Shown: one piece after another, positions 15,387-27,904 of the stretch
Layout: the number at the start of each line of letters is the position of its first letter
Numbering within the stretch: position 1 is the first letter of the stretch
Assembly: GCA_964016885.1 (NCBI GenBank)
Contig: OZ024744.1
Span: 69,378,001-69,442,000, forward strand
DNA length: 64,000 bases
Origin: Eledone cirrhosa
Lineage: Eukaryota
Direction: 5' to 3'
The notes under the pieces: model-generated
Told to the model about the DNA's origin: nothing
Databases searched by the model: none
What the model saw: the letters and a program-made list of their open reading frames with translations, nothing else
Program-made: the position numbers and the translations under genes

Positions 15387-16230
15387 GCGGACACACACAT
15401 ATACATGAATGCATCCACACCCAACCGTGAGTTAAGGGTGCCAACCTCACCGATGTTGCTCAATGAATGACCGGGACAGACCAATCCGGTTGAACTAGAC
15501 TGAACCAGTATCAGAGTTAAAAATACATTATGAAGAGAGAAGAAACATTTAGATATAATTAGTAATAAAATGTATCATACCTAAACTGCTCCTAGATTCC
15601 TCGACTACGTAGTTTCGTGGCATAAACAAAAACAATACATCATAAACATATAGAGTCCTTGCGAGGTCTGCCGACTTATCAAGAGGATACCTAATTTTAC
15701 TAGCCTCAAGAACGCGTCTACACGACATGAGAAAGAATCCCAAAAGGCGGAGGGGGAGATAGTCACGCGATATAACCCCGAAGAAAATACTACGGAGGAG
15801 GAGGGGGTATTTATAAGAGGCTTAGCTCTGTTTCTCGACCGTTATATCGCGTGACTATCTCCCCCTCCGCCTTTTGGGATTCTTTCTCACGTCGTGTAGA
15901 CGCGTTCTTGAGGCTAGTAAAATGAGGTATCCTCTTGATAAGTCGGCAGACCTCGCAAGGACTCTATATCTTTATGATGTATTGTTTTTGTTTATGCCAC
16001 GAAACTACGTAGTCGAGGAATCTAGGCGTAGTTTAGGTATGATACATTTTATTACTAATTATATCTAAATGTTTCTTCTCTCTTCATAATGTATTTTTAA
16101 CTCTGATACTGGTTCAGTCTAGTTCAACCGGATTGGTCTGTCCCGGTCATTCATTGAGCAACATCGGTGAGGTTGGCACCCTTAACTCACGGTTGGGTGT
16201 GGATGCATTCATGTATATGTGTGTGTCCGC
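15387..16230. mobile_element. 390-bp-arm fold-back insertion between (TA)n tracts
   Basis: Near-identical inverted arms 15387-15776 and 15841-16230, 64-nt spacer. Confidence 0.92.
15925..16023 (+). ncRNA. Type I hammerhead candidate, U3-A8 core
   Basis: Stem I AGGT(A)TCCTC/GAGGA-ATCT; core TTGATAA; stem II GT(C)GGCA/TGCCAC with large loop; GAAA; stem III palindrome ACTACGTAGT; GUC site. Mirror copy 15594-15692 (-). Confidence 0.75.
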
Positions 16231-16292
<62 letters not shown>

Positions 16293-16293
<1 letters not shown>

Positions 16294-16627
16294 ACTGGTT
16301 GCACAACAGTTAGTTCACCATACCGAGAACAATTGTTTCACCTTCACCTTAGCGTATCTTCAGCTCGTAATGGGCATGGTTATACGGAACAGGAATGACA
16401 CCCATATGAACGCGCATGCGCAAAAACGGTCACTTCACTCAGGAAATACAATTGCCTGAGTGAAGTATAACTATGTCCATTACGAGGTGAGGATCCGATA
16501 AGGTGAAACAATTGTTCTCGCTATGGTGAACTAACTGTTGTGTAACCACTTCTACCAAACTCGTCCCATGGACTGAGTGCTCGACCACTACGGCACTACG
16601 GATATTACCTTCCCGTGTTCTACCACT
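16293..16627. mobile_element. Fold-back insertion with HHR (16324-16367, minus strand)
   Basis: Diverged arms about 16293-16385 and 16465-16550 plus tail to a TA tract. Minus strand CGAG-CTGAAGA..GAAA-CAATTG-TT-CTCG; the plus-strand copy has the core mutated to GTGAGGA. Confidence 0.75.
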
Positions 16628-16647
16628 ATATATATATATATATACAT

Positions 16648-16686
<39 letters not shown>

Positions 16687-16875
16687 TAATCTAAGTTTAT
16701 ATATATGTGCGTGCGTGTACATATATATACATAAATACATACACTCACACAAATGCTAACACACACACGCATATATATATACGTATGTATGTATGTATGT
16801 ATGTATGTATGTTTGTATGTATGTATGTATGTATGTATGTATGTATGTATGTATATATATATCTATAATATTATG

Positions 16876-16887
16876 AAGCTGAGCGTC

Positions 16888-16926
<39 letters not shown>

Positions 16927-17285
16927 TCTCTCTCTCTCTCTTTCACCCTCTCTATAATTTAACTGCTTTACTCTCTGTCTCTCTTCACTCTCTATATGAC
17001 AATACTATTTTACTTTCCGTAGAGATGAGCGTCGTATGTAAATTCGGTCAACATGTATGTATCCTACACACCTCCCTATAGTTTCTTACCTTTACTCTCT
17101 TCGGCGCTCCTCCCTCTCTATATAATAGACCATTCCCCCTCTCTATAACTGCTTTACTCTCTCTGTCGCTCTTCACTCTCTAATATTACAAAGCTGAGCG
17201 TCGTCTCTTTCTTTCTCTTCCCTTTTCGCCCTCTCTATAATTTAACTGCTTTACTCTCTGTCTCTCTTCACCCTTTATATGACAG
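16876..17285. repeat. Diverged local direct repeats
   Basis: AAGCTGAGCGTCGTCTCT..CCCTCTCTATAATTTAACTGCTTTACTCTCTGTCTCTCTTCAC near 16876 and 17191, with a partial copy between. Confidence 0.7.
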
Positions 17286-17374
17286 CAGGTAATACATACA
17301 TCAAAAGGCAACCCTCTTAGAGAGACAGAGAGTGAAAGAGACAGATTAGGAAAACTACACACACACACGCATCT

Positions 17375-17412
<38 letters not shown>

Positions 17413-17578
17413 AAACAGAAAAAGAGGGACGGGCAAGAAGGTAATAGATACATCTAAAATCATTTGGATACAAATATCATAAAATAATGGTTGCAGAACG
17501 AAAATACAGACAAATATAATAATGTATGTATCCCACACACTTTTTCTGTCGTCGCTCGCATAAGTACCCCCCCCCCCC

Positions 17579-17641
<63 letters not shown>

Positions 17642-19099
17642 ACACGGGAGAGCTCTGCTTGCTTATGCGGCGACGTCGTCGTCATAGTGTCTGTTACATC
17701 GGAGATCGGGGTAGTCAGCCCCATTCTAAAGATGATCTGTAGATAAGGTCATCATGCCATAAACCTTTTTATACGAAACCGCCTGAAACAGCTTGAAACC
17801 ACCTTTGTTTCTATGATATAAAACTATTTAAATAACGTGCTTATATTTATCTACAAAACTATTCATTATAATTTTATGTGAGAATTTTTGTTATGTTATA
17901 TTCCAAACACTAACGAAATAATGAATAAGTTAGTTGTATTACTAAATCCCTTCAATTTCTTGATTATTTTTCTGTATGATTTTAAAATAATAGGCACCGT
18001 CTGTCATTAGAAATATGGTACCGAAAGAGTTAAACATGCAAAGTTGGTGGGGTTATAAGATGATGGCTGGAGAGGTAAAAAAAAAAAATATATCAACTGC
18101 TATTTCGGTCGTTAGACTAAGTAGTTGGTTAAGGTGTGCGACCGTTAGTTCGAACTGGGTGAGTAGCAAGTGAAGTTTTTTGTACACTATACCAGTTTTA
18201 TTGGCCTCCTATACGATACCCAGTATATTTATGGGTAGCTGTGTGATCTTCAGGAGCGTCGTCAAGACCTGGATATCCATACAGACTCCACTCGAACATA
18301 TATATTTCTGAATCACATGTCCGTAGCAGCTCCCGTTATTGTCACAAATAGGACAAACATATTATGTTTGAGCCCCCAGATCAATATCAGTGCAATATAT
18401 TTAGCGGTAATTCTTGTATTCTATTTTCTCTGGGATAATGTTGCACTAGATGCATGCAGGCCTGTAACTTTCTCAATTTACCCTCTAACTTAAACCCAGG
18501 TTTCTTATGGTTTTCTTCAGTCGAGATAACAAGCATCCTGTCACACACCATCCAAAATGATTTCCAATTCTTTTGTCGAGGATATATCGAAATTCCTGAC
18601 GTTGATTGAAATCTAGGTAAATTTCTTGGGCGTAGAGGTATTACCGTTCTCGACTAAACTAGTCCATACATTCTTCTTTTCCTTGAATTGAGTAGATCTT
18701 TCTGAGCCACAATGTTTTCAGCATACTATGTTGTTGTTGGTGGGGTTGGCATTGCTTTCTGTACTGTATATACTGTTGTTTTTATTAAATTAAATTAATC
18801 TTTTCAACACTATTTCTTTTACTGTTATCTATTACGCCACTGTAAGTCATGTATATTTATTTAATGTTTACATTGTTATTTTGTTAATATAGTTTTCCAA
18901 TTGAAAATAATTGGGGAACGTATTTGTTTTCACTAGTGAGGTTACTGTTGCCACCACTGTGGTTACCACCCCTTCCCGCTACTTCTGAAACCATTTTGAA
19001 CTACGAACAATAATACAAATGGCTACCGTGCAAAAAATATAAACACACTTAAAAAACAATGTTTCACCGGACGTTCAAATAATCTGAATTAGTTGGCTG

Positions 19100-19410
19100 G
19101 TAAACGTGCCAGAAAAGTTGTTTTATTACGTAATCTAGCTACGAATTAACCTTTCGAGGAACCATGACGTAGACATCCGTTCGCTTGAATATTCAAGCAT
19201 AATTATAAAGGCTGACACCATTTTCCATGACAAAAATGACAATAGCGCATTAATTACCGACGTAATAATAACAAATGTGCAGAAGTGAGCTGAAAAATTT
19301 AAGGAATTACATCGACCTAGCTGTTCAATTAAAGGCAGTATGGTAATTAATGAATGCGTCTAACAACTCATTTGTAACGGGCATAACTGGAGTGATACAT
19401 AACCATTTCT
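19100..19410 (+). pseudogene. Highly decayed R4-type RLE endonuclease fragment
   Basis: Remnants resembling (P)DTIFHDK..ALITDV..EK..Y.DLAVQLKAVW..VTGITGVI. Confidence 0.5.
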
Positions 19411-19420
19411 ATTATTAAAC

Positions 19421-19610
19421 AGGGCGGTGGATTGGCTGTGTTGGTAGAGGGTCGGACACCATGATTTGCAGCATAGAGTTATGAGCCTTTATGATCTGAG
19501 TTCAAATCCCGCCGAGGTTAACTTTGCCTTTCATCCTTACGTGGTCGATAAAATAAAGCACCAGTAATACACTGGGGTAATTGCTGGTCTTGCGCCAAAA
19601 GTAGAAACAA
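19421..19610 (+). mobile_element. SINE with short TSD
   Basis: Full head to tail; flanked by TATTAAAC on both sides. Confidence 0.9.
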
Positions 19611-21067
19611 ATATTAAACTTAAAATATTTGTTAAACATGTTTCATCCTCGTTAACCTTCTTAATACTGAATATTTTTTGAAAATTTCCCTTGGCCAACC
19701 TTAGATATCCTTATGAACCCTGGATACCTTTGGGAAATTTTCCAAAGTTATCTACTTATATCTCGTACTAGCTAGCTCTCTATAGAATGTGAGAATTAAC
19801 TTGCTATCGATTACATAACCCATTTGGTTGACTGCAGTGAGTGCCCAAAGACATCCCAGTTATCAAATATCTAACCCCTGTTTGCGCTTGACCGAGGATT
19901 ACCGCATGCTGAAAGTTACAAACTGCGGCGGAAAGATGCGTCACAGAAATGTTGTCCACACTAACTGAGGGATAAAAACTCTACAGAAGTGTTCGTTTAG
20001 CATGATCCTATATACCATTAACCACTGTAGATAGAATTGGCAGCTGATAAACATCTAGGCCAGTGAAACCTGTCCTGTCCACAAAATCTCATAGAGTATA
20101 CGTTCCAATCAGGTCAAATATTTCCAAGTACTAGGCTCGACGGTCAACCAGTAATAAGCAATACATACGTTAACTACTTCCATCGAATCTTTCTCGGACA
20201 GTTTTCATTCAGCCCATTTCTATGTCAGATAAGTCACTCTGTTCACAGACACAGCCCTAAGTTTATAAACCCTCGAACCCAGTTGGAACTAACGGTCGCA
20301 CACCTTAACCAGCTACTAAGTCTAACGACCAAAACAGCAGTTGATCATTTTTTTTTTTTTGCCTCTCCAAAAGAAAAGAAAAATGGAAAAAGATGGAAGA
20401 CAACTTCGGAGGTGGTGACATGAGGTCCTTCAGAAGAAAATTATGGCTTGCATAATTATTACTGTTGCTGCTGTTGCTGTTCCTGAAGCGGTGGTGGCTG
20501 AGGTTGGCGTAGTCGTCAACGTCATCGTCGTCGTTGATGTTGATGTTGCTGCTGCTGCTGCAGCAGCAGCTGCTGTTACTGTTTTCACGACCCCACTCAT
20601 CGCAGCTCCGATGATAGCTGTAGCAGAAACATAAACAACTGTAATTTCCTTCATCTTCCAGTGCCAGAGGCCAACGAAGTATGGATATTGCGTACTACTA
20701 ACCCCCTACAATATACAAGAATAAATGTGACATCGAAAATTGCACTGCTAGCTCATAGAATATTTTGAACGCCAAGAGACATTCGAAATACCAGGTGATA
20801 AACCTTAGCTTTCCGTTTACCCACGACTGCAGTTCAGTCAAAGAGATGATCTTTGGGAAGACATCTCTGCCATGGGGCCATTTCTCATTCAAATTTATTC
20901 TAATACGATGTATTTATCAAGGACTTTATAATTTGAGGTCAAAGTGATGGACATGTAGTGTAGATACAAATATTAAAAAGTGTTGTTCATCTTTAAAGGT
21001 GAGGTCAATGAACACTTCTAAAGGGTGGGAAACTTTGAAACTCAGTAAATATATATATATACATATA

Positions 21068-21153
21068 TAACGAAGGAAATGTGGTAAGGAACCAGGTGGA
21101 CCATAACGCACCGTCGAAACGGTTTGAGCTCAGCCGTCGGGGTCTTACTGGTT

Positions 21154-21155
<2 letters not shown>
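21068..21155. mobile_element. Miniature inverted-junction insertion, same family as 5350-5530
   Basis: Reverse complement of the 5486-5530 tail joined directly to a copy of 5420-5463; TA tracts on both sides. Confidence 0.85.
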
Positions 21156-21238
<83 letters not shown>

Positions 21239-21391
21239 TATAAATAACGAGGAATCAGTGTTGCATCAAATCACAATTTATTAACATATTACATATGTTT
21301 ATACTCCGTCGATCAGCACGATGCAAGATCTGTTACAGATCGAACCCGACTCTGCATTCGAAGGGTCTCCAGATATGTTTTGAGTGTTGAA

Positions 21392-21424
<33 letters not shown>

Positions 21425-21427
21425 TGT

Positions 21428-21650
21428 ATAAAAAAACGAAAAATCAGTGTTACAATTGTTTCGCCGGCAGGTAGCTCGAGTCTCAGTGAGAAAATTTGCT
21501 CCGACGAATTGCATGTGTCCGAAGGAACTTGCAGCCGTAGAATCAGCCAGATCCATACAGTGATCATGTCTCGAGCTACTTGCCGGCGAAATAATTGTAA
21601 CACACGATAAACTGAGTCCAGATGCATAACTGATTTTTCGTTTTTTATAC
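21428..21650. mobile_element. Fold-back insertion in TA-rich cluster
   Basis: TGTTACAATTGTTTCGCCGGCAGGTAGCTCGAG versus CTCGAGCTACTTGCCGGCGAAATAATTGTAACA; outer AAAAAACGAAAAATCAGT versus ACTGATTTTTCGTTTTTT. Confidence 0.75.
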
Positions 21651-21734
21651 TATTCACACTCTGCTCTGTATGAATATTGAGTGCTAATTTTGGCATACCG
21701 CCTATGGAAGCACCATAGCTACCATTATACACAC

Positions 21735-21839
<105 letters not shown>

Positions 21840-22049
21840 TTGTGTGCGCGTACATCCCTTCATATTATGTTATTACTTTTTGTATGATACATTTTGTAAT
21901 CTACAATGAAGCGATTATTGTTATTGAACTTTGGTGGATCACAGTGGGTGCATACTAGCTGATTTCAATAGATGCTTAGCGTCTGTGCATGGGACAATCG
22001 CTGGTACTGCACGGTTTACCCTATAAACTTTAATCGTACATAACAAACT

Positions 22050-23500
22050 TGTTAGCTATTGTCTTGGCGGCTGTCTACTGCAACTGGCATCAAACTGTGA
22101 GCATTCCAATGAGTAGCGATGCTGCTGTTGTATGGTGTGAACATCAAAGTCATGATTGGTAACTTTAGGTCCATCACTCTGTTAAACACAATGCTAAAGA
22201 ATTTGGCAAAGTAACTTGCCAAGAAGTTGGAACTTGTTGTCAGTTGTTTAGTCAAAGATTTACAAACATGTGCAATCACTAACATATTTATTCACGGCAA
22301 CCAGCAACCAATTCAATACATCTTTGAGCGGATGAGCGCTAGATTTGTTTTCTGTGAAGCTCTGACCACTTTATGTCTAAAGAGAACGACGATGTCCTTC
22401 ATTATCTAGTGTTTGTGCTAAGAACAGTCGTACAGTATAATCTGCTCAGCCATCTACTTGGTGGTCAGCATATACGACGACCTACTAGAAACGTTTAGCA
22501 TTGGAAGTACGGTTTGCCAGATATTCATGCTCTCGTCCCATCTATATATCTTGGCATTGGAGACTTTGCTGTCAGCGTTGGGGACTCAGAGGCATACTCT
22601 ACTAGAACTATAATACAAAAGTTCCGTGTCTACGTACGCGATTGACGTCATCATCATGGTATTGGGCACATCAGAAATCAAGGGGGTTGGTGTCATTCTT
22701 GGTGATTAACAAAAGATAACGGGATCATGCATTAACCACGACTCGTAGGTAGGACTGCAATTCGGTACCTGGTGAGGCAAATGTATGTGGGATTGTGCTT
22801 TCTGTTGCAAAACTGAGGGTCCGGTTATGGTGCAGGGATCTGCTCCAGATAAGACCTCCTGGTGGACTATGTCACAAACAAGGTGGCCCATCTCAGTCAA
22901 AAGTAAGCGTAGAAGAATCTGTGTCAGAAACAGACGTTGGCAGCTAACGTTCGGTTATTTATTACTATCTGACTACCATGCTTTGGACCAGGTAATACTC
23001 CACTATATTGGTGTTCTTTTACTTCTTGTGGAAGGGAATGATCTCACAGATGAAAAGATCCATCTGCTGCGAATGTTTACTACAACGAGTTCTCGAGAAA
23101 CGATCGCTGATAAAGCACAGACACATACTGAAACTAATAGATCTGCATGGATCAATCGGAGAACGAGGCTGGAGATTAGGCAGCTGGATAGTTATCATAG
23201 TCCCACTGCAGTCTATGAGATGAATCGTATTGTTGGTTTAAGGTCAACTCTCGTAATATATACTAGGTTACTAAAAGATATGAGTGATGGTGACCTGGGA
23301 GTGGTCTGAGAGAACGTTCGGATCAGAAATTGTGGATAATTTCGAAAAGACCCGGGCCGGGCTGTGCTACAGGATATATTTTTCAGGTATCGCTGTGCTC
23401 GCAAGTAACCAAAGCTATCCGATATTGCCTGCAGTATGACGAAACAGTACGACCCATATTCGTTTAGTTTCCGGATTTTGTTGACGTGTGCGTTTTTAAT
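22050..23500 (+). pseudogene. Decayed L1/Tx1-type LINE RT region
   Basis: FRSITLLNT..LAK.LAKKLELVVSCLVKDLQTCAI and an AY(A)DD-like remnant near 22468; boundaries approximate. Confidence 0.6.
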
Positions 23501-23548
23501 TTAACAATAGTTGCCACGTCCTAGATGAATCCGGTCATCAATCAAGTT

Positions 23549-23692
23549 CAGTGATGGGCAAACTGCGGCCCGTTTGGCTTTTTTAAATGGCACACCTAAT
23601 TTCCGAATTGCCTTGAATGTTTTATTAGTGCGCCCACCTTATGATGAGCCACATCTCATGCAGCCCATTTCGAAAACGGTTGCCCATGTCTG
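23549..23692. mobile_element. hAT-type MITE
   Basis: TIRs CAGTGATGGGCAAAC/GGTTGCCCATGTCTG; imperfect 8-bp TSD ATCAAGTT/GTCAAGTA. Confidence 0.75.
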
Positions 23693-23948
23693 GTCAAGTA
23701 TAGTCTAATGTGAAGATTAGACTAGTAACTTTCTTTGACAAAGAAAATCGGGTAGAAAACTTCTCTCCGATGGCTATAGCGACAGAGGTGATATGTTGGA
23801 GGCAGTCAAACAGCATGAGGTCAGGTGGCGTTTTTTTTTAATCACAGGACGAGCAAGCTCTCATCAACTTCTCCAGATATTACTTGGGTTGGTGATCAAG
23901 GCGAAAATGGTGTGACTAGAGGGTTGACACGTATTATTAATTTCCTTG

Positions 23949-24165
23949 TGCGGTGGATTGGCAGTATCGGTACAGCATCAGCGGCTATGTTTTGCGACAT
24001 AAAGTTATTGCCCTTTACGTTCTGAGTTCAAATCCTACCGAAGTTAGCTTTGCCTTTCATCCTTGCGGGGTCGATAATATAAAGTACCAGTAATGCACAT
24101 GGGTCGATTTAATCGACTTTCCCCTCTCCCAAAATTACTGGCCTTGTGCCTAAAGTAGAAACAAT
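23949..24165 (+). mobile_element. SINE with about 17-bp diverged TSD
   Basis: Full SINE; flanks ATTATTAATTTCCTTGT/ATTATCAATTCCTTTGT. Confidence 0.88.
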
Positions 24166-24459
24166 TATCAATTCCTTTGTAAGTTGGATGTGAGAACAAG
24201 GAGAAAGGAATTGCCTTTAGATTAATCTGTGGAAGGTTCCTCGAATCACTTTATGTTTGTTTCTCTCCATGTTTGGAATCCGTTTTATGTTTCCTGTTTT
24301 GTTCTGTACTGTTCATTCTATTTAGTATTACTTATATAATCTTTATTGTTATTACTGATCTCCTTTACTAAATATAATACAGAAAAGTTTTCCTATGTAT
24401 TTCGCTTTTTTGTACAGGCCTCAACACATCCGGCCTTTTGGTCAAAGAAAACAAATTCT

Positions 24460-25148
24460 GAGCGTTAGACGCCATGCTTTGCAGCATAGAGTTATGGTTC
24501 TTTACGGTCTGAGTTCAAATCCAGCCGAGGTTAACTTTGCCTTTCAACCTTACGCGATCGATAAAATAAAACACTAGTAACGTACTGGGGTCGATTTAAT
24601 TGACTTTCCCCTCCCCTCACCCAAATTACTGACCTTGTGCCTATACTAGAAATCATCATCAGTATTATTATATATTTGCCTTTCATCCTTAAGGGGTCGA
24701 TAAAATAAAGTACCAGTAATGCACTGGTTAATTGCTGGCCTTGTGCCTAAAGTAGAAACAATTATAAGGGCAGTGGATTCGTAGTATCGGTAGAGGGTAG
24801 GACGCCATGCTTGGGACACATAGAGTTACGGCCCTTGCCCTTACGTGGTCGATAAAATAAAGTACCTGTAATGCACTGAGTAATTGCGGGCCTTGTGCCA
24901 AAAGTAGAAACAATTATTATTATTATTATTAAAGGCAGCGGATTGAGAGTATCGGAAGAGCGTCGGACACCCTGTTTCGTGGCAGAGAGTTACGGCTCTT
25001 TACTTTCTGCGTGCCAATCCCGCCTAGGTTAGCTTTGCCATACATCCTTACGAGATCTATAAAATAAAGTACCAGTCATGCACTGGGGTCGATTTAATCG
25101 ACTTTCCCCTCACCGAAAACTTGCCGGCCTTGTTCCCATTGTAGAAAT
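24460..25148 (+). mobile_element. Head-to-tail cluster of four full or partial SINEs
   Basis: Repeated ..TAAAATAAAGTACC..CCTTGTGCC..TAGAAA units separated by ATT repeats. Confidence 0.88.
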
Positions 25149-25189
25149 TATTATTATTATTATTATTATTATTATTGTTATTGTAGTTA

Positions 25190-25683
25190 TTGTTCTTTGA
25201 GTCTCAGTCATTGATGTTAGTTAACTGGAAAGTTTGTTGAAATGAATATCAAGCCACAACCTGCAGCCTCAGATATTCAGGACGTATCGGAGGGTTCTTG
25301 CTGTTCCCAGCAAGCATGCGTTTTGAAGCGTTCCAAAAAGCGTGGCGGTGCCAATTTTCTTTAACCATCCCTGGAAACTCCTTGAGATAGTACCTAGTGC
25401 GCCTATGACAATCGGGACCACTTTGACTTCATGGCAGTTCCAAATCCTTTTTACCTCCTGGTATCGGTTAATTTTAATAGTCCTGGTATCGGTTAATTTT
25501 CTCCCTCTCCTTCTCTTGCACTCTCGTGTCGAATGGACAGGCCACATCCACAATCAGGCACGATCTTTTTTCCTTGTCCAAAACCACCAGGTCAGGTCTA
25601 TTGTGTTCCAGTTTCTTGTCCGTCTGTATCCTAAAAATCCCACAGCACCTTCACCTGATCGTTTTCTATCACCGACTCTGGCT
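25190..25683 (-). mobile_element. R4/Dong LINE 3' fragment in (TAA)n
   Basis: VKVLWDF..RPDLVVLD..RYQEVKRIW..VVPIVIGALG..LQNACLLGTARTLRYVL; (TAA)n tracts at both ends, the known Dong target. Confidence 0.88.
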
Positions 25684-25808
25684 TTATTATTATTATTATT
25701 ATTATTATTATTGTTATTGTTATTATTATTATTATTATTATTACAGTTGCATTTATCTTGCTTTATGTTCATACGAGTTATCACCAAGTCACAACCAGTG
25801 ACCTCAAT

Positions 25809-25914
<106 letters not shown>

Positions 25915-26473
25915 GTGTCGTTGTTGCCGTTATTACTATTATGATGTTGTTATTGTTGTTACTGTTACTTTAGTAAATGTAACCTTACCAAAGTAAACTA
26001 TAGGAAGTATATGATTAATTCAGTCCACGCTCTTAGTTTGTTATTCAACAGACTATAAACTTTGTTTAGTAGCATCCAAGGTTAAATTAAAATTATATAC
26101 ATAATTTTTTTTCTAAAATTCAAAATCAGAAAGATTTAAAGAATATTTGATAAGTTATCTCTTTGATTGATCAAGCCAAATGTTGTTAATTAGTCATGTA
26201 CGTCTGATCATCGTAAATAATGTAATGGACATATGATAGCTTCCACAATCTACCTATCTTCCAAAATGTAATGGTCTACACCCAATTTTAACGCAGGCTT
26301 GAAAACAAAGAAACCTTAACTATGTATATACACGTTTGTAGAAGCATATAGACGTCATCGAATGCTTCTTATCAGTACAGAGTATTTAAAGTGCACGAAA
26401 CACTGTTTCATAAATCTTCCAAACTAAATCTTCCAAACTACGAGAAACACCGCCCTTCGGGCAGTATTCTCGG

Positions 26474-26555
<82 letters not shown>

Positions 26556-26616
26556 AATTAAAAAAATAAAAAATAAAAAATTAATTAAAAAAAAAATATA
26601 TATATATATATATTTA

Positions 26617-26922
26617 CATTTGTTCCCCGGTATTCGCGGAGGTTACATTCCTAGAGCACCTCCTAAGAGTGAAAAACCGCGAATATGGTCCATATATATG
26701 CCTATATACGTCAAAATATAACGTAAAATATGACGGTATATTGTTATTAATAATTTAGCGTTAAATATATATATATATATTGCCACGGAAAAAAGCCATT
26801 AAAAAATCGTGGAAGATATTTACGATTCCGCGAATATGCAGTGGTTTCCACGAACAATTATTAGTTATATTCTAAGGAAAATTCCGCGAATAACCGGGAC
26901 CGCGAATGCTGGGGGTACACTA
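26617..26922. mobile_element. Tigger/pogo-like MITE
   Basis: Imperfect TIRs ..TCCCCGGTATTCGCGG / CCGCGAATGCTGGGGGTACACT; repeated CCGCGAATA; TA context. Confidence 0.65.
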
Positions 26923-26941
26923 CACATATATATATATATAT

Positions 26942-27409
26942 CAAGTAAGTATGTTTTGAAACAGTGAGCGAGTTTGAAATTAGAAAATATATAGCTTTCA
27001 CCGTATTTTTAACTAAGGGAAATTTTAGCTTGATAACGGGGTTTAGAACCCTCAGATAAATGGAAAAAGATGAGTATTGACGTACATGTACGTCAATACT
27101 CATCTTTTTCCATTTATCTGAGGGTTCTAAACCCCACTATCAGGCTATATATTTTCTAATTTCAAACTCGCTCACTGTTTCAAAACATACTTACTTGCCA
27201 TTTAAACTCGCTAAGAATGTAGTTTCTAATTTGAATGGAAAGAGATGGGTGATGTGTTGGTGTAATGGTAGCACAGTGGTCGCGATAACCACAGATGTGG
27301 GTTCAACTCCCATGTACGTCAATACTCATCTTTTTCCATTTATCTAAACCCCGTTATCAAGCTAAAATTCCTTTAGTTAAAAATACGGTGAAAGCTATAT
27401 ATTTTCTAA
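26942..27409. mobile_element. Fold-back plus partial tandem insertion in (TA)n containing a tRNA-like domain
   Basis: Palindrome centred at 27086/27087 (arms 26942-27086 and 27087-27198, deletion in right arm); direct repeat restarts at 27311. Confidence 0.85.
27251..27321 (+). other. tRNA-like cloverleaf (Pol III A/B boxes), not a canonical tRNA
   Basis: Acceptor GATGTGT/GTACGTC, D stem GTGT/GCAC, anticodon stem GTGGT/ACCAC with loop CGCGATA (lacks U33 and purine 37), T stem GTGGG/CCCAT with loop TTCAACT. Confidence 0.75.
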
Positions 27410-27554
27410 GATATGTATATATATATATAATATAGTATAATTCAATATTATATAATAATTTTTACTAGAGGCACAAGGCCAGCAATTTTGGGAGGGGAGG
27501 GGGGAGGGAAGTCGATTAAATAGATCTCAGTGCATTACTGGTGCTCTATATATA

Positions 27555-27589
<35 letters not shown>

Positions 27590-27797
27590 CTCAAAGTAAA
27601 AGACATATATCATAAGAATGAAGGAGAATGTATTAGATGCATTTATCCGAAGAAAAACGTACTCAATGCTTAGAAATGCAATGTTAAATATTATAGTGGA
27701 GTTAATATTTAAGGAGAGTTAAGCGCAGTGATGAGCAGAGTGGGTATAATAAGAAATATATGGAGGAGAAAGCAAGATATTTAAAAACAAGATTTAA

Positions 27798-27904
27798 TTC
27801 TTACACAGTGTTTCGTCTTCAAGTACATTTACAATACAGTAGGTTGACATATATGTGTGTATATATACTATAGCAGAGATGCACTTATAAGACTCATCAA
27901 AGAA
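27798..27904 (-). ncRNA. Hammerhead candidate with long stem II inside an old fold-back (about 27780-28092)
   Basis: Minus: TTCT-TTGATGA-GTCTT..AAGTGCAT..ATGTACTT.AAGAC-GAAA-CACTGTG-TA-AGAA; partial inverted copy at 28009-28092. Confidence 0.65.

Larger units (their letters stand above)
18068..20369. repeat. 93-bp inverted repeat pair enclosing 2.1 kb
   Basis: 18068-18160 is the reverse complement of 20277-20369 with several mismatches. Confidence 0.8.

Noticed and set aside
15549-16068. Duplicated 64-aa ORFs on opposite strands (also 59679/62885 and 60351/61850)
   Set aside because: By-products of the inverted repeats; no protein-like features.
27251-27321. Functional tRNA-Ser(CGA) gene
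   Set aside because: Lacks U33, purine 37 and the long Ser variable arm, has many G-U pairs, and is embedded in a repeat.
27115-27400. Hammerhead in the tRNA-containing unit (CTGAGGG..GAAAGCTA, or TTGATAA on the other strand)
   Set aside because: Could not place stem I and the core in register on either strand.
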